A stretch of DNA of 64,000 nt from Gammaproteobacteria bacterium. GTDB taxonomy: Bacteria; Pseudomonadota; Gammaproteobacteria; Steroidobacterales; UBA11654. The position numbers and the translations under genes are program-made. The notes below the pieces were generated by a model. The model had not been told where the DNA came from and did no database searches. It saw only the letters and a list, made by a program, of their open reading frames with translations. Positions within the stretch are counted from its first letter, which is position 1, and each line of letters starts with the position of its first letter. The stretch lies in NCBI GenBank assembly GCA_002691465.1, contig NZHP01000001.1, positions 6,255 to 70,254 on the forward strand, written 5' to 3'. This document shows positions 17,913-30,671 of this stretch, in pieces.

Positions 17913-17943
17913 GGGAAGGACTCATAAAGTCCTTCCCTTTTTT
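17913..17943 (+). terminator. rho-independent terminator after dnaJ
   Basis: GGGAAGGACT (17913-17922), loop CATAA, AGTCCTTCCC (17928-17937), then TTTTTT (17938-17943). Confidence 0.8.
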
Positions 17944-17974
17944 CGAACCAAAAGTAGGTAATGAAGGAAGAAAT

Positions 17975-19078
17975 TTGAAAGACGCAATACTGATACTTGA
18001 AGATGGCACTACGTTCTCTGGTAAGTCTATTGGTATTGATTCATACTCAGTTGGAGAAGTTGTATTCAATACAGCAATGACTGGATACCAAGAAATCATC
18101 ACAGACCCTTCATATCATAAACAAATTGTTACCTTAACCTATCCTCATATAGGAAACACAGGCACCAATGATGAAGATAATGAAAGCAAAGACTCATTTT
18201 GTTCAGGCTTAGTCATCCGAGAAAGTTCGCCAATCTCTAGTAATTGGAGAAACCAACTGAGTTTGGAAGATTTCTTAACCAAAAATCAAATAGTGGGAAT
18301 ATCAAATATAGATACTAGAAAACTCACAAACCACTTAAGAAACCATGGATCAATGAATGCCTGTTTGACAGCTAATGGATTGAGCTCAGACGAAGCATTA
18401 CTTGAAGCAAAATCTTTTTCAGGCCTTGCTGGTTTAGATCTTGCACAAGAAGTGTCAACAAAAATTTCTTATGAATTTTCTCCAAGCAATAATAATTCAG
18501 AATCTCTTTTTCATGTGGTTGCCATCGATTTTGGTATTAAGACAAATATTCTTAATTTACTGTCGAATAACGGATGTAAAGTTACTGTAATATCAGCAAA
18601 GTCATCATTTGATGACGTAATGTCATACGATCCCGATGGAGTGTTCTTATCAAACGGCCCAGGAGATCCTGAACCATGTGATTATGCGATTAATTGCATC
18701 AGAAAATTACTTGAATCAAATATCCCAATATTTGGAATATGCCTTGGACATCAACTGTTAGCTTTGGCATCTGGGGCTAAAACAGAGAAAATGAAATTTG
18801 GTCATCATGGCGCCAATCATCCTGTAATTGATCTCGAAACAGGAGTTGTATACATCACAAGTCAAAATCATGGTTTTACCGTTAATGAGAAATCCATTCC
18901 AGAAAATGTCAATATCACGCATAAATCACTATTTGATCAATCCATACAAGGAATAGAACTCAAAGATAAGAATGCATTTAGTTTTCAGGGGCATCCAGAA
19001 GCCTCTCCAGGGCCTCACGACATACAACCATTATTTAAAAAATTTATTACAAGCATGAAGAATGGCAAAAAGAACTGA
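17975..19078 (+). CDS. carA: carbamoyl-phosphate synthase small (glutaminase) subunit
   Basis: I prefer the TTG at 17975 ([16 protein letters not shown], compare E. coli MIKSALLVLEDGTQFHG), preceded by GAAGGAAG. The ORF-track start at 17894 would include the dnaJ terminator. GATase triad context GICLGHQ. Confidence 0.9.
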   Translation: MKDAILILEDGTTFSGKSIGIDSYSVGEVVFNTAMTGYQEIITDPSYHKQIVTLTYPHIGNTGTNDEDNESKDSFCSGLVIRESSPISSNWRNQLSLEDFLTKNQIVGISNIDTRKLTNHLRNHGSMNACLTANGLSSDEALLEAKSFSGLAGLDLAQEVSTKISYEFSPSNNNSESLFHVVAIDFGIKTNILNLLSNNGCKVTVISAKSSFDDVMSYDPDGVFLSNGPGDPEPCDYAINCIRKLLESNIPIFGICLGHQLLALASGAKTEKMKFGHHGANHPVIDLETGVVYITSQNHGFTVNEKSIPENVNITHKSLFDQSIQGIELKDKNAFSFQGHPEASPGPHDIQPLFKKFITSMKNGKKN

Positions 19079-22000
19079 CATTGAATCAATATTGATTATT
19101 GGGGCAGGCCCAATCATTATTGGTCAAGCATGCGAATTTGATTACTCAGGAACACAAGCATGTAAAGCACTTCGTGAAGAAGGCTATAGAATCATACTGG
19201 TTAACTCGAACCCAGCAACAATAATGACTGATCCTGATGTGGCAGATTCAATCTACATCGAACCAATCAACTGGCAAACACTTGAGAAGATCATAGACAA
19301 AGAACGTCCAAATGCACTTTTACCCACAATGGGTGGTCAAACTGCACTTAATACAGCGCTCGATCTTGCTTCTAGAGGAATACTTGAAAAATACAATGTT
19401 GAGATGATTGGGGCGTCAAAAGAGGCGATAGATACTGCAGAAGATAGAGAACTATTTAAGCAGGCAATGAGCGAAATCAACATTGATGTCGCACAATCTG
19501 AAATCGCAAATACATTGGATGAGGCGATTATTATCGCTAATGATATTAATTACCCAATAATCATAAGACCTTCCTTTACGCTTGGCGGAAGTGGAGGCGG
19601 AATTGCCAATAATGAGGATGAACTTATTACTATTGTTAAGCGAGGTTTAGAGTTATCTCCAACAACTGAAGTTTTGATTGAAGAATCGCTTCTCGGTTGG
19701 AAAGAGTATGAAATGGAGGTCGTTAGAGATAAGAATGATAATGCCATTATCATATGTTCCATTGAAAATGTTGATCCTATGGGAGTCCACACAGGGGATT
19801 CTATAACTGTTGCTCCAGCTCAGACACTCACTGACAAGGAATACCAAGTGATGAGAGATTATTCAATCGCAATCCTGAGAAGAATTGGGGTAGACACTGG
19901 TGGATCGAATGTTCAATTTGCAGTCAATCAAGACGATGGAAGAATGATCGTTATAGAAATGAACCCAAGAGTATCTCGATCATCTGCATTGGCATCCAAA
20001 GCAACTGGATTTCCTATTGCTAAGATTGCTGCCAAATTGGCCATAGGATATTCACTTGACGAATTATCAAATGACATAACTGGCGGTCTTACACCTGCAT
20101 CCTTTGAACCAACCATAGACTATGTCGTAACAAAGATACCTAAATTTACATTTGAAAAGTTTCCAGGTGCAAACCCTACTCTCACAACTCAAATGAAATC
20201 TGTTGGAGAGGCTATGGCCATCGGGAGAAACATTCAAGAATCCTTACAAAAAGCAATACGGAGTCTTGAGAATAACCACGACGGATTTACGGATATGGAT
20301 GTTTCAGAAGGTTTTGACCAACAACTTATTAACCCAAACCCAGATAGACTTCTTTATGTAGCTCAAGCATTCAGAGAGGGCTATAGTTTAGACAAAATAT
20401 ATGATCTGACAAAGATTGATCCTTGGTACTTGATATATATCGAAGAACTCATTGATATCGAATCAGAAATTGCAAATATAGAAATCTCTTCCATTGACCA
20501 TGATTTACTTCACAAATTGAAATCCAAAGGTTTTTCTGATGCAAGATTAGCCAAGTTGTTATCTGTAGATGAACTTGAAGTAAGAAACTTAAGAATCACT
20601 CTAAATGTTCTTCCTGTTTATAAACGTGTGGATACTTGTGCTGCTGAGTTTAAGACAACAACTGCTTATTTATATTCAACATATGATGAAGAATGCGAGT
20701 CATTGCCAACCGCGAAAGATAAAATAATCATACTGGGCGGCGGACCTAATAGGATTGGACAAGGCATTGAATTTGACTACTGTTGCGTTCATGCTGCCAT
20801 GGCTGTGAGTCAAGCAGGCTATGAATCCATCATGATTAATTGCAATCCAGAGACTGTGTCCACAGATTATGACACCTCCGATAGACTCTATTTTGAGCCA
20901 TTAACTTTTGAAGATGTAATGTCGGTGATTGAGGTTGAAAAACCAAAAGGAGTGATCGTTCAATTTGGAGGACAAACTCCTTTGAAACTTGCTCAATCAC
21001 TAAAAGATGCAGGCGCACCTATAATTGGTACTCAACCAGAATCTATTGATCAAGCTGAAGACAGAGAATTGTTCAAGACAATGGTACAAGAATTAAATTT
21101 TTTACAACCTTACAATGAAGTTGCAACAAATATGGATCAAGCACTCAAAAATGCAAAAAATGTTGAGTACCCACTTGTTGTGAGGCCATCTTATGTCCTT
21201 GGCGGTAGAGCAATGGAAATTGTTTACAACGATGACGAGTTAAGAACATACATGAAAGAAGCTGTAAAAGTGTCCAATAAATCACCAGTTTTATTGGATC
21301 ATTTTTTAAATAAGGCAATTGAGGTTGATATAGATGCTGTCTCCGATGGTAAAAATATCCTAATTGGTGGCCTTATGGAGCATATTGAACAAGCTGGTGT
21401 TCATTCAGGAGACTCTTCGTGCTCCATACCCGCATTCAGCCTTTCAAATGAGATTCAATATGAAATCATTCATCAGATGAAAGAATTTACAAAAAAACTC
21501 GATGTGATTGGGCTTGTTAATGCTCAGTTTGCTGTTCGAAAAGATAAGATATTTGTACTTGAAGTTAACCCTAGGGCATCAAGAACGGTTCCTTTCGTTT
21601 CCAAGGCCACTGGCCTTCAACTCGCTAAGATTGCAGCGAAAGTGATGATTGGAGTTAGTCTAGAAGATCAAGGTTATCTTGATCAAGTTATTCCTGACTT
21701 TTATTCGGTTAAAGGACCTGTTTTCCCATTTAACAAATTTCCAGATACTGACCCAATACTTGGACCGGAGATGAAATCAACGGGTGAAGTCATGGGTACT
21801 GGAAAAACATTCGGAGAAGCCTATATAAAATCTCAGAATGCTGCGGGAATTCATATCCCAGACAAGGGCAAGGTTTTTATATCAGTAAGAGAACCTGACA
21901 AGAACGATAAACTCATTGAGCTTGGACAGTTTCTTACTAATGAGCAATTTGAAATCATTGCAACTACAGGCACAGCAGACTTTTTAAATAACAATAATAT

Positions 22001-22265
22001 TAATTGTCTTCAAATCAATAAAGTCAGAGAAGGGTCTCCGCATATAGTTGAGCTCATCAAATCTAAAGACATAGAGCTCATTATTAATACAACAGAAGGT
22101 AAACAATCAATTGAGGAATCTTTCTCAATAAGAGCAGAGGCAGTTATTTCTGGAATCACGTATTACACGAGTCTTGAGGCCGCTCATGCGACAATGTCAT
22201 CATTCAATTTCCTTGGAGATATTTCAGTTAATAGACTTCAAGACTATAATATAAAGAATGGATAG
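19062..22265 (+). CDS. carB: carbamoyl-phosphate synthase large subunit
   Basis: 1067 aa. [30 protein letters not shown] matches the E. coli CarB N-terminus. Two ATP-grasp halves. Overlaps carA by 17 nt. Confidence 0.97.
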   Translation: MAKRTDIESILIIGAGPIIIGQACEFDYSGTQACKALREEGYRIILVNSNPATIMTDPDVADSIYIEPINWQTLEKIIDKERPNALLPTMGGQTALNTALDLASRGILEKYNVEMIGASKEAIDTAEDRELFKQAMSEINIDVAQSEIANTLDEAIIIANDINYPIIIRPSFTLGGSGGGIANNEDELITIVKRGLELSPTTEVLIEESLLGWKEYEMEVVRDKNDNAIIICSIENVDPMGVHTGDSITVAPAQTLTDKEYQVMRDYSIAILRRIGVDTGGSNVQFAVNQDDGRMIVIEMNPRVSRSSALASKATGFPIAKIAAKLAIGYSLDELSNDITGGLTPASFEPTIDYVVTKIPKFTFEKFPGANPTLTTQMKSVGEAMAIGRNIQESLQKAIRSLENNHDGFTDMDVSEGFDQQLINPNPDRLLYVAQAFREGYSLDKIYDLTKIDPWYLIYIEELIDIESEIANIEISSIDHDLLHKLKSKGFSDARLAKLLSVDELEVRNLRITLNVLPVYKRVDTCAAEFKTTTAYLYSTYDEECESLPTAKDKIIILGGGPNRIGQGIEFDYCCVHAAMAVSQAGYESIMINCNPETVSTDYDTSDRLYFEPLTFEDVMSVIEVEKPKGVIVQFGGQTPLKLAQSLKDAGAPIIGTQPESIDQAEDRELFKTMVQELNFLQPYNEVATNMDQALKNAKNVEYPLVVRPSYVLGGRAMEIVYNDDELRTYMKEAVKVSNKSPVLLDHFLNKAIEVDIDAVSDGKNILIGGLMEHIEQAGVHSGDSSCSIPAFSLSNEIQYEIIHQMKEFTKKLDVIGLVNAQFAVRKDKIFVLEVNPRASRTVPFVSKATGLQLAKIAAKVMIGVSLEDQGYLDQVIPDFYSVKGPVFPFNKFPDTDPILGPEMKSTGEVMGTGKTFGEAYIKSQNAAGIHIPDKGKVFISVREPDKNDKLIELGQFLTNEQFEIIATTGTADFLNNNNINCLQINKVREGSPHIVELIKSKDIELIINTTEGKQSIEESFSIRAEAVISGITYYTSLEAAHATMSSFNFLGDISVNRLQDYNIKNG

Positions 22266-22734
22266 AGAGATAATGACAGTCAGGGGTGCTGAACTACTTC
22301 GAAAAGAGTTGAAGAAGCTTAAGTCTGTGGATCGCCCAGAGATCATAACAGCCATTGCTACAGCTAGAGAGTTTGGAGATTTAAAAGAAAACGCTGAGTA
22401 CCATGCTGCAAAGGAAAAACAAAGTTTTATTGAAGGAAGGATCAGCGAGATAGAATCAAAACTATCAAACTCTGAAGTCATTGATATCACAAAACTTTCA
22501 ATATCAAATAAAGTTGTATTTGGAAGCACAGTGACAATATTGAATTTGGATAGTAATCAAATAATTACATATAAAATAGTTGGAGAAGATGAGTCAGACA
22601 TCGAAAATGGACTGTTGTCCTATAAATCACCCTTATCAAAAGCAATGATTGGTAAAAGTGCTGATGATTTAGTTCAACTAAAAACTTCTGAAATGACTCA
22701 AGAATTTCAGGTCACAAATATTACATATAAATAA
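22258..22734 (+). CDS. greA: transcription elongation factor GreA
   Basis: 158 aa. [13 protein letters not shown]...[14 protein letters not shown]. Overlaps carB by 8 nt. Confidence 0.93.
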   Translation: MDREIMTVRGAELLRKELKKLKSVDRPEIITAIATAREFGDLKENAEYHAAKEKQSFIEGRISEIESKLSNSEVIDITKLSISNKVVFGSTVTILNLDSNQIITYKIVGEDESDIENGLLSYKSPLSKAMIGKSADDLVQLKTSEMTQEFQVTNITYK

Positions 22735-22736
22735 TC

Positions 22737-23345
22737 ATGTCCAATAGACATTGGAGAAAATCCCAGTCTGATGATTTTTTTTTAAAAAATTCAAAACAAA
22801 AGGGTTACAGATCTAGGTCGGTATATAAACTTTCTGAAATCGACAGGAAATTTAAAATTTTCAAAAATGTAACAAATCTTATTGATATTGGTTCTTGTCC
22901 TGGAGGTTGGAGTGAATATGCCATAAAAAAGATTCCATCAGGGAAACTACTAGCAGTTGATATCAATGAGATGGAGCCTATTGATGGAGTGATGTTTATA
23001 CGTGGAGATATTGAAGAACAGACAATACAAGACAAGCTATTCAATGAAATTAATAACGAAAAATTTGACTTAATAATTTCTGACATGTCACCAAATAAGA
23101 CAGGCAATAAAGTTAGTGATCAATATAAGTTTTATAATATTGCTGATTCTATACTTGAATTCTCACAAAACGGACTTATGTCTAAGGGAATGATGGTTAT
23201 GAAAGTCTTTATTGGCCTTGGATTTGAAGAATTTAAATCTGATTTGAAAGAGGGCTTCGAAATAGTTAACTACTTCAAACCTAAATCATCTAGAAAAGAG
23301 AGTAGAGAAACCTACGTTATAGCGAAAAACATTAGGTATAATTAA
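22737..23345 (+). CDS. rlmE: 23S rRNA U2552 2'-O-methyltransferase RlmE (FtsJ)
   Basis: 202 aa. RSRSVYKL, SAM motif DIGSCPGGWSEY, SDMSPN. Confidence 0.9.
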   Translation: MSNRHWRKSQSDDFFLKNSKQKGYRSRSVYKLSEIDRKFKIFKNVTNLIDIGSCPGGWSEYAIKKIPSGKLLAVDINEMEPIDGVMFIRGDIEEQTIQDKLFNEINNEKFDLIISDMSPNKTGNKVSDQYKFYNIADSILEFSQNGLMSKGMMVMKVFIGLGFEEFKSDLKEGFEIVNYFKPKSSRKESRETYVIAKNIRYN

Positions 23346-23348
23346 TTT

Positions 23349-25247
23349 ATGAATAATTTCTTTAAAAACACACTTGTATGGATAGTAATTGCTATTGTCA
23401 TGCTATCTTTCTTTCAGTCTTTCTCACCAAACTCAATGAGACAGCAGACAGTGGATTATTCTACATTCCTTGAACTTGTTAGAACTGGAAATGTCAGTGA
23501 GGTGATTTTTGAGAATGAAATCATTAAGGCTCAACGAATCAACGGCGAGCGATTTGTCACTTATAATCCAGAAACTGACAATACAGCTCTTATTGGTGAG
23601 CTTAATCGATCAGGAGTTAAGATAAGCGCAAGTCCTCAAAAAGACCAAAATTTGTTTGTGAGTTTGCTTATCAACTCATTCCCGGTAATTCTCCTTATCG
23701 GTGTTTGGATTTATTTCATGCGACAAATGCAAGGCGGGATTGGTGGTGGCCGTGGAGCAATGAGTTTCGGTAAAAGTAAAGCTAAATTACTTGGCGAAGA
23801 CCAAGTAAATGTTACTTTTGCAGATGTTGCAGGTATTGAAGAAGCAAAAGAAGAGGTTATCGAGATAGTTGAATTTCTGAAGGATCCTTCTAAATTTCAA
23901 AGACTAGGCGGTAAGATTCCAAGAGGAGTACTTATGGTTGGGTCTCCAGGAACAGGAAAAACACTCCTAGCAAGAGCTATCGCTGGAGAAGCAAAAGTTC
24001 CTTTCTTTACCATTTCAGGATCAGATTTTGTAGAGATGTTTGTTGGCGTTGGGGCTTCTAGAGTAAGAGATATGTTCCAGGAAGCTAAAGCTCATTCACC
24101 ATGTATCATATTTATCGATGAAATAGATGCAGTTGGAAGACAAAGAGGAGCTGGACTGGGTGGTGGACATGACGAAAGAGAGCAAACACTGAATCAACTT
24201 CTTGTTGAAATGGATGGTTTTGAAGACAATGTGGGAGTAATTGTCATTGCAGCTACAAACAGACCAGATGTACTAGATGCTGCTCTGCTTAGGCCAGGCA
24301 GATTTGATCGACAAGTAGTTGTGCCACTCCCTGATGTAAGAGGCAGAGAGCAAATCTTAAAAGTACACATGAGAAAAGTTCCACTTGATAAGAATGTCAA
24401 ACCATCAATCATAGCTAGAGGCACACCAGGCTTTTCTGGTGCAGACTTAGCTAATCTTGTTAATGAATCAGCATTAATAGCGGCACGTGGCAATAAGAAG
24501 TATGTCAATATGGATGACTTAGAAAAAGCGAAAGATAAGATCATGATGGGTGCAGAGAGACGATCTTTAGTAATGAGTGAAGATGAGAAAAGACTTACCG
24601 CATATCACGAAGCAGGTCATGCGATTGTTGGCCTCAATCTAGAAGATCATGACCCTGTATACAAGGTAACAATAGTGCCAAGAGGGAGAGCATTAGGTGT
24701 AACAATGTTTCTTCCTGAGGAAGACAAATACAGCATTAGTAAAAAAAGACTTATAGGACAAATTACCAGTCTCTTTGGCGGAAGAGTAGCAGAAGAAATT
24801 ATATTCGGAAAAGACGCTGTAACAACAGGAGCTTCCAATGATATTGAGCGAGCAACAGAGATTGCTCGAAATATGGTCACAAAATGGGGCTTATCAGACA
24901 AGCTTGGACCACTAGCTTATAGTGATGATGAAGGCGAAGTCTTTTTGGGTAGGTCTGTTACACAGACCAAGCATATGTCAGATGGAACAGCGAAGACAAT
25001 CGATGAAGAAGTTAGGAAGATCATCGATCAGGCCTATTCTGTTGCCACTGATATCTTAGAAAAGCATAATAAAAGACTTCATAACATGGCAGACGCTCTC
25101 ATGAAATATGAAACAATTGAGGAATCTCAAATCACTGACATTATGAATGATAAGGATCCTAAACCACCAGAAGACTGGAATTCTGATGATTCGGATAAGG
25201 ATGATTCCTCAACACCAAACATCGGTGATCCTGCTACACAACACTAA
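23349..25247 (+). CDS. ftsH: ATP-dependent zinc metalloprotease FtsH
   Basis: 632 aa. Two N-terminal TM segments, Walker [17 protein letters not shown], second region of homology, and HEAGHA zinc site. Confidence 0.97.
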   Translation: MNNFFKNTLVWIVIAIVMLSFFQSFSPNSMRQQTVDYSTFLELVRTGNVSEVIFENEIIKAQRINGERFVTYNPETDNTALIGELNRSGVKISASPQKDQNLFVSLLINSFPVILLIGVWIYFMRQMQGGIGGGRGAMSFGKSKAKLLGEDQVNVTFADVAGIEEAKEEVIEIVEFLKDPSKFQRLGGKIPRGVLMVGSPGTGKTLLARAIAGEAKVPFFTISGSDFVEMFVGVGASRVRDMFQEAKAHSPCIIFIDEIDAVGRQRGAGLGGGHDEREQTLNQLLVEMDGFEDNVGVIVIAATNRPDVLDAALLRPGRFDRQVVVPLPDVRGREQILKVHMRKVPLDKNVKPSIIARGTPGFSGADLANLVNESALIAARGNKKYVNMDDLEKAKDKIMMGAERRSLVMSEDEKRLTAYHEAGHAIVGLNLEDHDPVYKVTIVPRGRALGVTMFLPEEDKYSISKKRLIGQITSLFGGRVAEEIIFGKDAVTTGASNDIERATEIARNMVTKWGLSDKLGPLAYSDDEGEVFLGRSVTQTKHMSDGTAKTIDEEVRKIIDQAYSVATDILEKHNKRLHNMADALMKYETIEESQITDIMNDKDPKPPEDWNSDDSDKDDSSTPNIGDPATQH

Positions 25248-25331
25248 GTCAAGAAGCAACACCCTAAAAATAGTGGATTTAATAGCTATCCAGGCTATAC
25301 AATACACGCCTTTAGAAATAATGACTTAATA

Positions 25332-26675
25332 ATGAATAAGCTCACAGAGAAAGTATTTGGAACTGACGGTGTCAGAGGAAAAGTCGGGGAATATCCAATG
25401 ACAATTGATTTTGCTATGCGTTTTGCATCTTCAATTGCGAAGGTAATGACACCTAATGGTGGAAAAGTTGCAATCGGTAAAGATACTCGAATTTCTGGGT
25501 ATATGTTTGAGTCAGCTCTAGAGTCTGCATTTGTAGCTCATGGATTAGAAGTAATATTACTCGGACCACTTCCTTCACCAGCTATTGCTCATTATACAAT
25601 TAAACAAAATTGTGATTTTGGCATCGTTATAAGCGCCTCTCACAATTCTCACGAATACAACGGTATTAAGATCATCAATCATTTAGGTGAAAAAATAGAT
25701 CAGGAGATTGAAAGCATCATTGAATCAAAACTCTTAGATGAACCAATAACAAATACCGCAGAATCCTTAGGAAAAGCAAAGATATCGAATACTTCAAGGA
25801 ATCTTTATAAATCTCTTCTTATGTCAGTATTCAATGATATGGACAATCATCTACCACTTAAAGGATTTAAGATTGTTGTAGATGCATCAAATGGTGCGGC
25901 ATATAAAATTGCACCGCAGGTACTTTTAGACCTTGGCGCCGATGTCATTCCAATTGCATGCTCACCAAACGGAAAAAATATTAACCTTGATTGTGGATCT
26001 ACTCACCCAGAAACACTTAGAAAAACTGTTGTTGCAACTGAATCTAATTTAGGAATAGCATTAGACGGCGATGCTGATAGGATTCTGATCGTAGATGAAA
26101 ATGGCAATATCTTAGATGGAGATCAAATTCTTTATATTCTTGCAAAAACTAATATTTCTAATAAATCTTTTAATCATAAAGTCGTGGGTACAATTACAAC
26201 AAACTCTGGTCTTGAGCTAAAACTTAAGGAAATGAATATCGACCTGTATCGTTCAGACGTTGGCGATAAGAATGTCTATTCAATGATGAAAAAAATAGGA
26301 GCTATTATTGGTGGAGAATCATCAGGCCACATTATAAATTCTGAATATTCACCCACCGGCGATGCATTACTTACTGCTCTTATAATTATCAGAGAATCTA
26401 TTAAACAGAATTCTAAGATCAGTGATCTTGTTGATGATCTCGAGCTCTTGCCAGTTCTTAATGACACTTTTGATACAGAAAACATGTCAGAGATTAATGA
26501 AAATAAATTAAAAGAACTCGCAGATAGAATTAACTCTGAAAATAAAGATGGGAGAGTGATCATAAGGCCATCAGGAACTGAACCAGTTATTCGAATATCA
26601 ATTGAGAATAAAGATCAAAAGACTACTGAGAATATACTAGAAACAATTATGAAGAACATTAAAGAAAGTGGATAA
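25332..26675 (+). CDS. glmM: phosphoglucosamine mutase
   Basis: 447 aa. FGTDGVRG, phosphoserine loop SASHNSHEYNGIK, and LDGDADR metal site. Confidence 0.93.
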   Translation: MNKLTEKVFGTDGVRGKVGEYPMTIDFAMRFASSIAKVMTPNGGKVAIGKDTRISGYMFESALESAFVAHGLEVILLGPLPSPAIAHYTIKQNCDFGIVISASHNSHEYNGIKIINHLGEKIDQEIESIIESKLLDEPITNTAESLGKAKISNTSRNLYKSLLMSVFNDMDNHLPLKGFKIVVDASNGAAYKIAPQVLLDLGADVIPIACSPNGKNINLDCGSTHPETLRKTVVATESNLGIALDGDADRILIVDENGNILDGDQILYILAKTNISNKSFNHKVVGTITTNSGLELKLKEMNIDLYRSDVGDKNVYSMMKKIGAIIGGESSGHIINSEYSPTGDALLTALIIIRESIKQNSKISDLVDDLELLPVLNDTFDTENMSEINENKLKELADRINSENKDGRVIIRPSGTEPVIRISIENKDQKTTENILETIMKNIKESG

Positions 26676-27420
26676 GAAATTCTATATAGCTGCAAATTGG
26701 AAAATGAATGCTTCATTGTCATTTATTAATGATTATTTCTCTTTTCTTGATTCAAAAGCTGAGAACTCCAACGAGATGATTATATGTCCACCTGACATTT
26801 ATCTTCAGTCTCTAATAAAAACAGCCCCTAGTTTTATAAAGACTGGAGCACAAAATATTTCATCACATGACGCTGGTGCTTATACAGGAGAATGCTCAGG
26901 AGAAATGTTGGCTGATAATTCGGTTCAATATGTAATTATAGGGCACTCAGAAAGACGACAATACCATCAAGAGTCAAATGAAGATATAAAATTAAAGCTA
27001 CTGAAAGCCATTGATAGCAACATAAGCCCAATATTATGCGTTGGTGAGTCTAGAGAGGAAAGAGAATCAGATCAGACATTCGACGTCATTAATAAACAAA
27101 TCAGAAGCGTCCTAGATAATGACATACTATCAAAAGATATCGGACTGCTTATTGCTTATGAGCCTATTTGGGCCATTGGTACTGGCCTCACAGCTACTCC
27201 TGAAATGGCGAATGATGTTCATTCATTCATTCATTCAATAGTGTCTGAAATGATATCAAACTCAATACCGATCTTATATGGCGGAAGCATGAAAGAATCA
27301 AATGCAAAGGACTTACTCGAAATGGAACATATACACGGAGGTTTAATTGGGGGTGCATCATTAGATGCTTCTGAATTTTTAAATATATATAATATTGCAG
27401 AGGAAATAAGAAATGGCTAA
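26668..27420 (+). CDS. tpiA: triosephosphate isomerase
   Basis: 250 aa with a GTG start overlapping glmM. ANWKMN, IIGHSERR and AYEPIWAIGTG motifs. Confidence 0.93.
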   Translation: MDKKFYIAANWKMNASLSFINDYFSFLDSKAENSNEMIICPPDIYLQSLIKTAPSFIKTGAQNISSHDAGAYTGECSGEMLADNSVQYVIIGHSERRQYHQESNEDIKLKLLKAIDSNISPILCVGESREERESDQTFDVINKQIRSVLDNDILSKDIGLLIAYEPIWAIGTGLTATPEMANDVHSFIHSIVSEMISNSIPILYGGSMKESNAKDLLEMEHIHGGLIGGASLDASEFLNIYNIAEEIRNG

Positions 27421-27745
27421 TGCAAATTCACTATTATTAAGTTTTCATGTAATTACAGCGATTCTCATCGTTGTGTTAATACTTATGCAAAAAGGAAAAG
27501 GTGCAGACATGGGTTCGGCATTTGGTGCTGGTGCCTCAGGGACACTTTTTGGTGCAAAAGGCTCTGCAAACTTCTTATCGAGAACCACAGCAGTTCTCGC
27601 AACAGTTTTCTTTATAACCAGCCTTACACTTGCATATTTGAACAAGGGAACCACCGTTTCTGAAAGCGTTCTGGATCAGATAGAATCACCAATGTCAGTT
27701 CCAGATGACGAATCTCAAAACTTACCTCAAATACCCCAGGAATAA
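27413..27745 (+). CDS. secG: preprotein translocase subunit SecG
   Basis: 110 aa, two TM segments, LMQKGKGADMGSAFGAG motif. Conserved position between tpiA and tRNA-Leu. Confidence 0.87.
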   Translation: MANANSLLLSFHVITAILIVVLILMQKGKGADMGSAFGAGASGTLFGAKGSANFLSRTTAVLATVFFITSLTLAYLNKGTTVSESVLDQIESPMSVPDDESQNLPQIPQE

Positions 27746-27755
27746 TTAATCTCTA

Positions 27756-27838
27756 GCCGATGTGGTGGAATCTGGTAGACACGCTGTCTTGAGGGGGCAG
27801 TAGCGTAAGCTGTGCCGGTTCGAGTCCGGCCATCGGCA
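27756..27838 (+). tRNA. leuU: tRNA-Leu (anticodon GAG), long variable arm
   Basis: GCCGATG acceptor pairs with CATCGGC. Anticodon stem CTGTC/GGCAG with loop TTGAGGG. T-arm CCGGTTCGAGTCCGG. Near-identical architecture to E. coli leuU, which also follows secG. CCA is not encoded. Confidence 0.93.
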
Positions 27839-27892
27839 GAGAATCTATTTCAGAGAAAATCACGAATCTTATGAATGATGACATTTAAATAA

Positions 27893-27901
27893 TGTTACAA
27901 T
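27893..27901 (+). promoter_or_regulatory. candidate extended -10 promoter element for the nuo operon
   Basis: TGtTACAAT at 27893-27901, about 38 nt upstream of the nuoA ATG. There is no good -35. Pattern match only. Confidence 0.25.
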
Positions 27902-27938
27902 TCTTCGTGGTTAATGACATATTAGAGTTTCCATAGAG

Positions 27939-28295
27939 ATGCTTGAAAACTACCTACCAATAGCAGTTTTTATAATCATAGCTGGAGTGCTTGGCTTATT
28001 GATGCTCGGCTTGGGTTTTCTCTTCGGTAAAGGCGCTAAAACAAAAGCAAAACTATCTCCATATGAATGTGGTTTTGAAGAATTCGAAGACGCACGAATA
28101 CCATTTGATGTCAGATATTACTTAGTAGCTATTTTATTCATAATTTTTGATCTTGAGATTGCCTTTTTATTTCCATGGGCAATAGCTCTTGATGAGATCG
28201 GTCATGTGGGTCTTATATCTATGATTATTTTTCTCTTTGTTTTGGTTATAGGGTTTGTATACGAGTGGAATAAAGGAGCATTGGATTGGGATTAG
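27939..28295 (+). CDS. nuoA: NADH-quinone oxidoreductase subunit A
   Basis: 118 aa, 3 TM helices, PYECGF motif. First gene of the 14-gene array. Confidence 0.92.
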   Translation: MLENYLPIAVFIIIAGVLGLLMLGLGFLFGKGAKTKAKLSPYECGFEEFEDARIPFDVRYYLVAILFIIFDLEIAFLFPWAIALDEIGHVGLISMIIFLFVLVIGFVYEWNKGALDWD

Positions 28296-28783
28296 AAACG
28301 GACAATGATTTAATTGATCAACAAGGGCCCGGTTTTATCATTACATCCGTTGATAAACTGGTTAATTGGGCAAGAACAGGCTCAATGTGGCCGGTTACAT
28401 TTGGTCTAGCATGTTGTGCAATTGAGATGATGCATGCAGGAGCTGCAAGATATGATACCGACCGTTTTGGGGTATTCTTTAGACCAAGTCCGAGACAGTC
28501 AGACGTCATGATCGTCGCAGGAACGCTTGTCAATAAGATGGCCCCTGCACTTAGAAAAGTATACGACCAAATGGCTGAACCAAAATGGGTCATTTCCATG
28601 GGATCATGTGCAAATGGGGGTGGCTATTACCATCATTCGTATTCTGTGGTTAGAGGTTGTGATCAAATTATCCCTGTTGATATCTATGTTCCCGGATGCC
28701 CGCCGACTTCAGAGGCATTGATCAATGGAATCATAGAACTCCAAGAAAAAATCAAAAATGAAGAATCGATCGCAAATGGATAG
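28286..28783 (+). CDS. nuoB: NADH-quinone oxidoreductase subunit B
   Basis: [19 protein letters not shown] and PGCPP, the N2 cluster cysteine motifs. TTG start. Confidence 0.95.
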   Translation: MGLETDNDLIDQQGPGFIITSVDKLVNWARTGSMWPVTFGLACCAIEMMHAGAARYDTDRFGVFFRPSPRQSDVMIVAGTLVNKMAPALRKVYDQMAEPKWVISMGSCANGGGYYHHSYSVVRGCDQIIPVDIYVPGCPPTSEALINGIIELQEKIKNEESIANG

Positions 28784-29426
28784 TGAAGAATATTCAAAAA
28801 CTTTAGAAGAAAGGTTTCATCAATATAAGATTGATGTCTCAATGAATCGGGCTAATCCTGAGATCGAAGTCAATCATGAACATATGATTGAGTTTGCTAA
28901 TAAATTAAAGAAAGACGAGTCTTATGAAATATTAATGGATGTTATTGCTGTGGACTTTCTAACTTATGGCGATGTTGATTGGAAAACAAATGATGCTACG
29001 AATACGGGATACTCTCGAGCTGTAAAGCCAACAATTATTCCTGATATTGATGAAACATTTAAAGAAAGGTTTGCCGTTTTTTATCAGTTACTTTCTATTT
29101 CAAACAACCAAAGGCTGACACTTAAAGTATTCGCATCGGAGTCAAATCCACCATCCGTACCATCTCTAGTAGATATTTGGAGCAGTGCTGATTGGTTTGA
29201 AAGAGAAGCTTTTGATTTAATGGGTATTCATTTTGAAGGTCATCCAGATCTTCGAAGAATTCTCACTGATTATGGTTTCATTGGTCATCCTTTTAGAAAA
29301 GATTTCCCTACCAACGGCAATCTTGAGGTGGTCTATGACGAGGAAAAAGAAGAAGTCGTATATCAACCGGTATCGATCTCAACACGGCCTACTGTTCCCA
29401 GAGTCATAAGGGATCGAAATGACTGA
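28758..29426 (+). CDS. nuoC: NADH-quinone oxidoreductase subunit C (not fused to D)
   Basis: [24 protein letters not shown] motif. The start may be the ATG at 28776 instead of 28758. Confidence 0.92.
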   Translation: MKNRSQMDSEEYSKTLEERFHQYKIDVSMNRANPEIEVNHEHMIEFANKLKKDESYEILMDVIAVDFLTYGDVDWKTNDATNTGYSRAVKPTIIPDIDETFKERFAVFYQLLSISNNQRLTLKVFASESNPPSVPSLVDIWSSADWFEREAFDLMGIHFEGHPDLRRILTDYGFIGHPFRKDFPTNGNLEVVYDEEKEEVVYQPVSISTRPTVPRVIRDRND

Positions 29427-30669
29427 GAGCAATCTTACCCTTAATTTTGGACCACAGCATCCGGCGGCACACGGCGTTTTAAGATTAATCATGGAGCTGG
29501 ACGGCGAGGTCGTTACAAATCTTGACCCGCATATAGGTCTCTTGCATAGAGGCACTGAAAAACTTGCTGAAATTAAGCCTTTCAATCATTCAATTGGTTA
29601 TATGGACAGAATGGATTATGTATCAATGATGTGCTGTGAACACCCATATGTACTAGCCATTGAGAGCTTATTAGAAATCGAACCCCCCAAAAGGGCACAA
29701 TACATCAGAGTCATGTTCGATGAAATCACAAGAATCATGAATCATTTATTATGGCTAGGTTGTCACGGTCTTGATATCGGCGCGATGGCATTGTTCCTTT
29801 ATTGTTTCAGAGAAAGAGAAGATCTATATGATGCCTATGAGGCAGTATCGGGCGCAAGAATGCACGCAACCTATTACAGGCCAGGCGGTGTTTACCGTGA
29901 TCTACCTTCAGAAATGTCCAAATACAAAGCAAATAAATTCATATCTGAAAAGAAAGTTAAGAAATTGAATTACAACCGCGAAGGTTCACTGTTGGATTTT
30001 GTAGAAGACTTCACCGATAGATTCCCTTCATTGGTGGATGAATACGAAACACTTCTTACTGACAATAGAATTTGGAAACAACGAACCGTTGATATTGGTG
30101 TTGTGACTCCTGAAAGAGCCATGCAACTTGGATTTACTGGACCTATGCTCAGAGGTTCAGGCATTGAGTGGGATCTGAGAAGAAACCAAAGTTACGAGGT
30201 ATATGACGAGTTGGACTTTTTAGTCCCAGTTGGTGTTAACGGCGATTGCTATGATCGTTATCTCGTCAGAATTGAAGAAATGAGGCAATCAAATTTAATC
30301 ATTCAACAGTGCATTAATTGGCTTAGAGATAATTCTGGACCAGTCATGATTGAAGACCATAAATACAGAGCTCCAAAAAGAGATTCAATGAAACACGACA
30401 TGGAATCCTTGATATATCATTTTAAGCACTTTACTGAAGGATATTCTGTTCCTGAAGGAAATACCTACAAAGCCATAGAGCATCCAAAAGGTGAATTTGG
30501 AGTTTTTCTACTATCTGATGGTGCAAACAAACCTTATCGCCTTAAAGTCAGGGCACCAAGTTTTGCACATCTAGCAGCGATTGATGAAATGTCAAAAGGA
30601 CACATGTTGGCAGACGTTGTTTCAATCATTGGGACTCTGGACATTGTTTTTGGTGAAATTGATAGATAA
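29419..30669 (+). CDS. nuoD: NADH-quinone oxidoreductase subunit D
   Basis: 416 aa. [15 protein letters not shown] and the C-terminal [10 protein letters not shown]. Confidence 0.96.
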   Translation: MTESNLTLNFGPQHPAAHGVLRLIMELDGEVVTNLDPHIGLLHRGTEKLAEIKPFNHSIGYMDRMDYVSMMCCEHPYVLAIESLLEIEPPKRAQYIRVMFDEITRIMNHLLWLGCHGLDIGAMALFLYCFREREDLYDAYEAVSGARMHATYYRPGGVYRDLPSEMSKYKANKFISEKKVKKLNYNREGSLLDFVEDFTDRFPSLVDEYETLLTDNRIWKQRTVDIGVVTPERAMQLGFTGPMLRGSGIEWDLRRNQSYEVYDELDFLVPVGVNGDCYDRYLVRIEEMRQSNLIIQQCINWLRDNSGPVMIEDHKYRAPKRDSMKHDMESLIYHFKHFTEGYSVPEGNTYKAIEHPKGEFGVFLLSDGANKPYRLKVRAPSFAHLAAIDEMSKGHMLADVVSIIGTLDIVFGEIDR

Positions 30670-30671
30670 CT

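Noticed and set aside
17894-17974. ORF-track start of carA at TTG 17894
   Set aside because: This extension would translate through the dnaJ rho-independent terminator (17913-17943). It adds 27 residues with no counterpart in CarA. The TTG at 17975 aligns with the E. coli CarA N-terminus and has a GGAAG-type ribosome-binding site.
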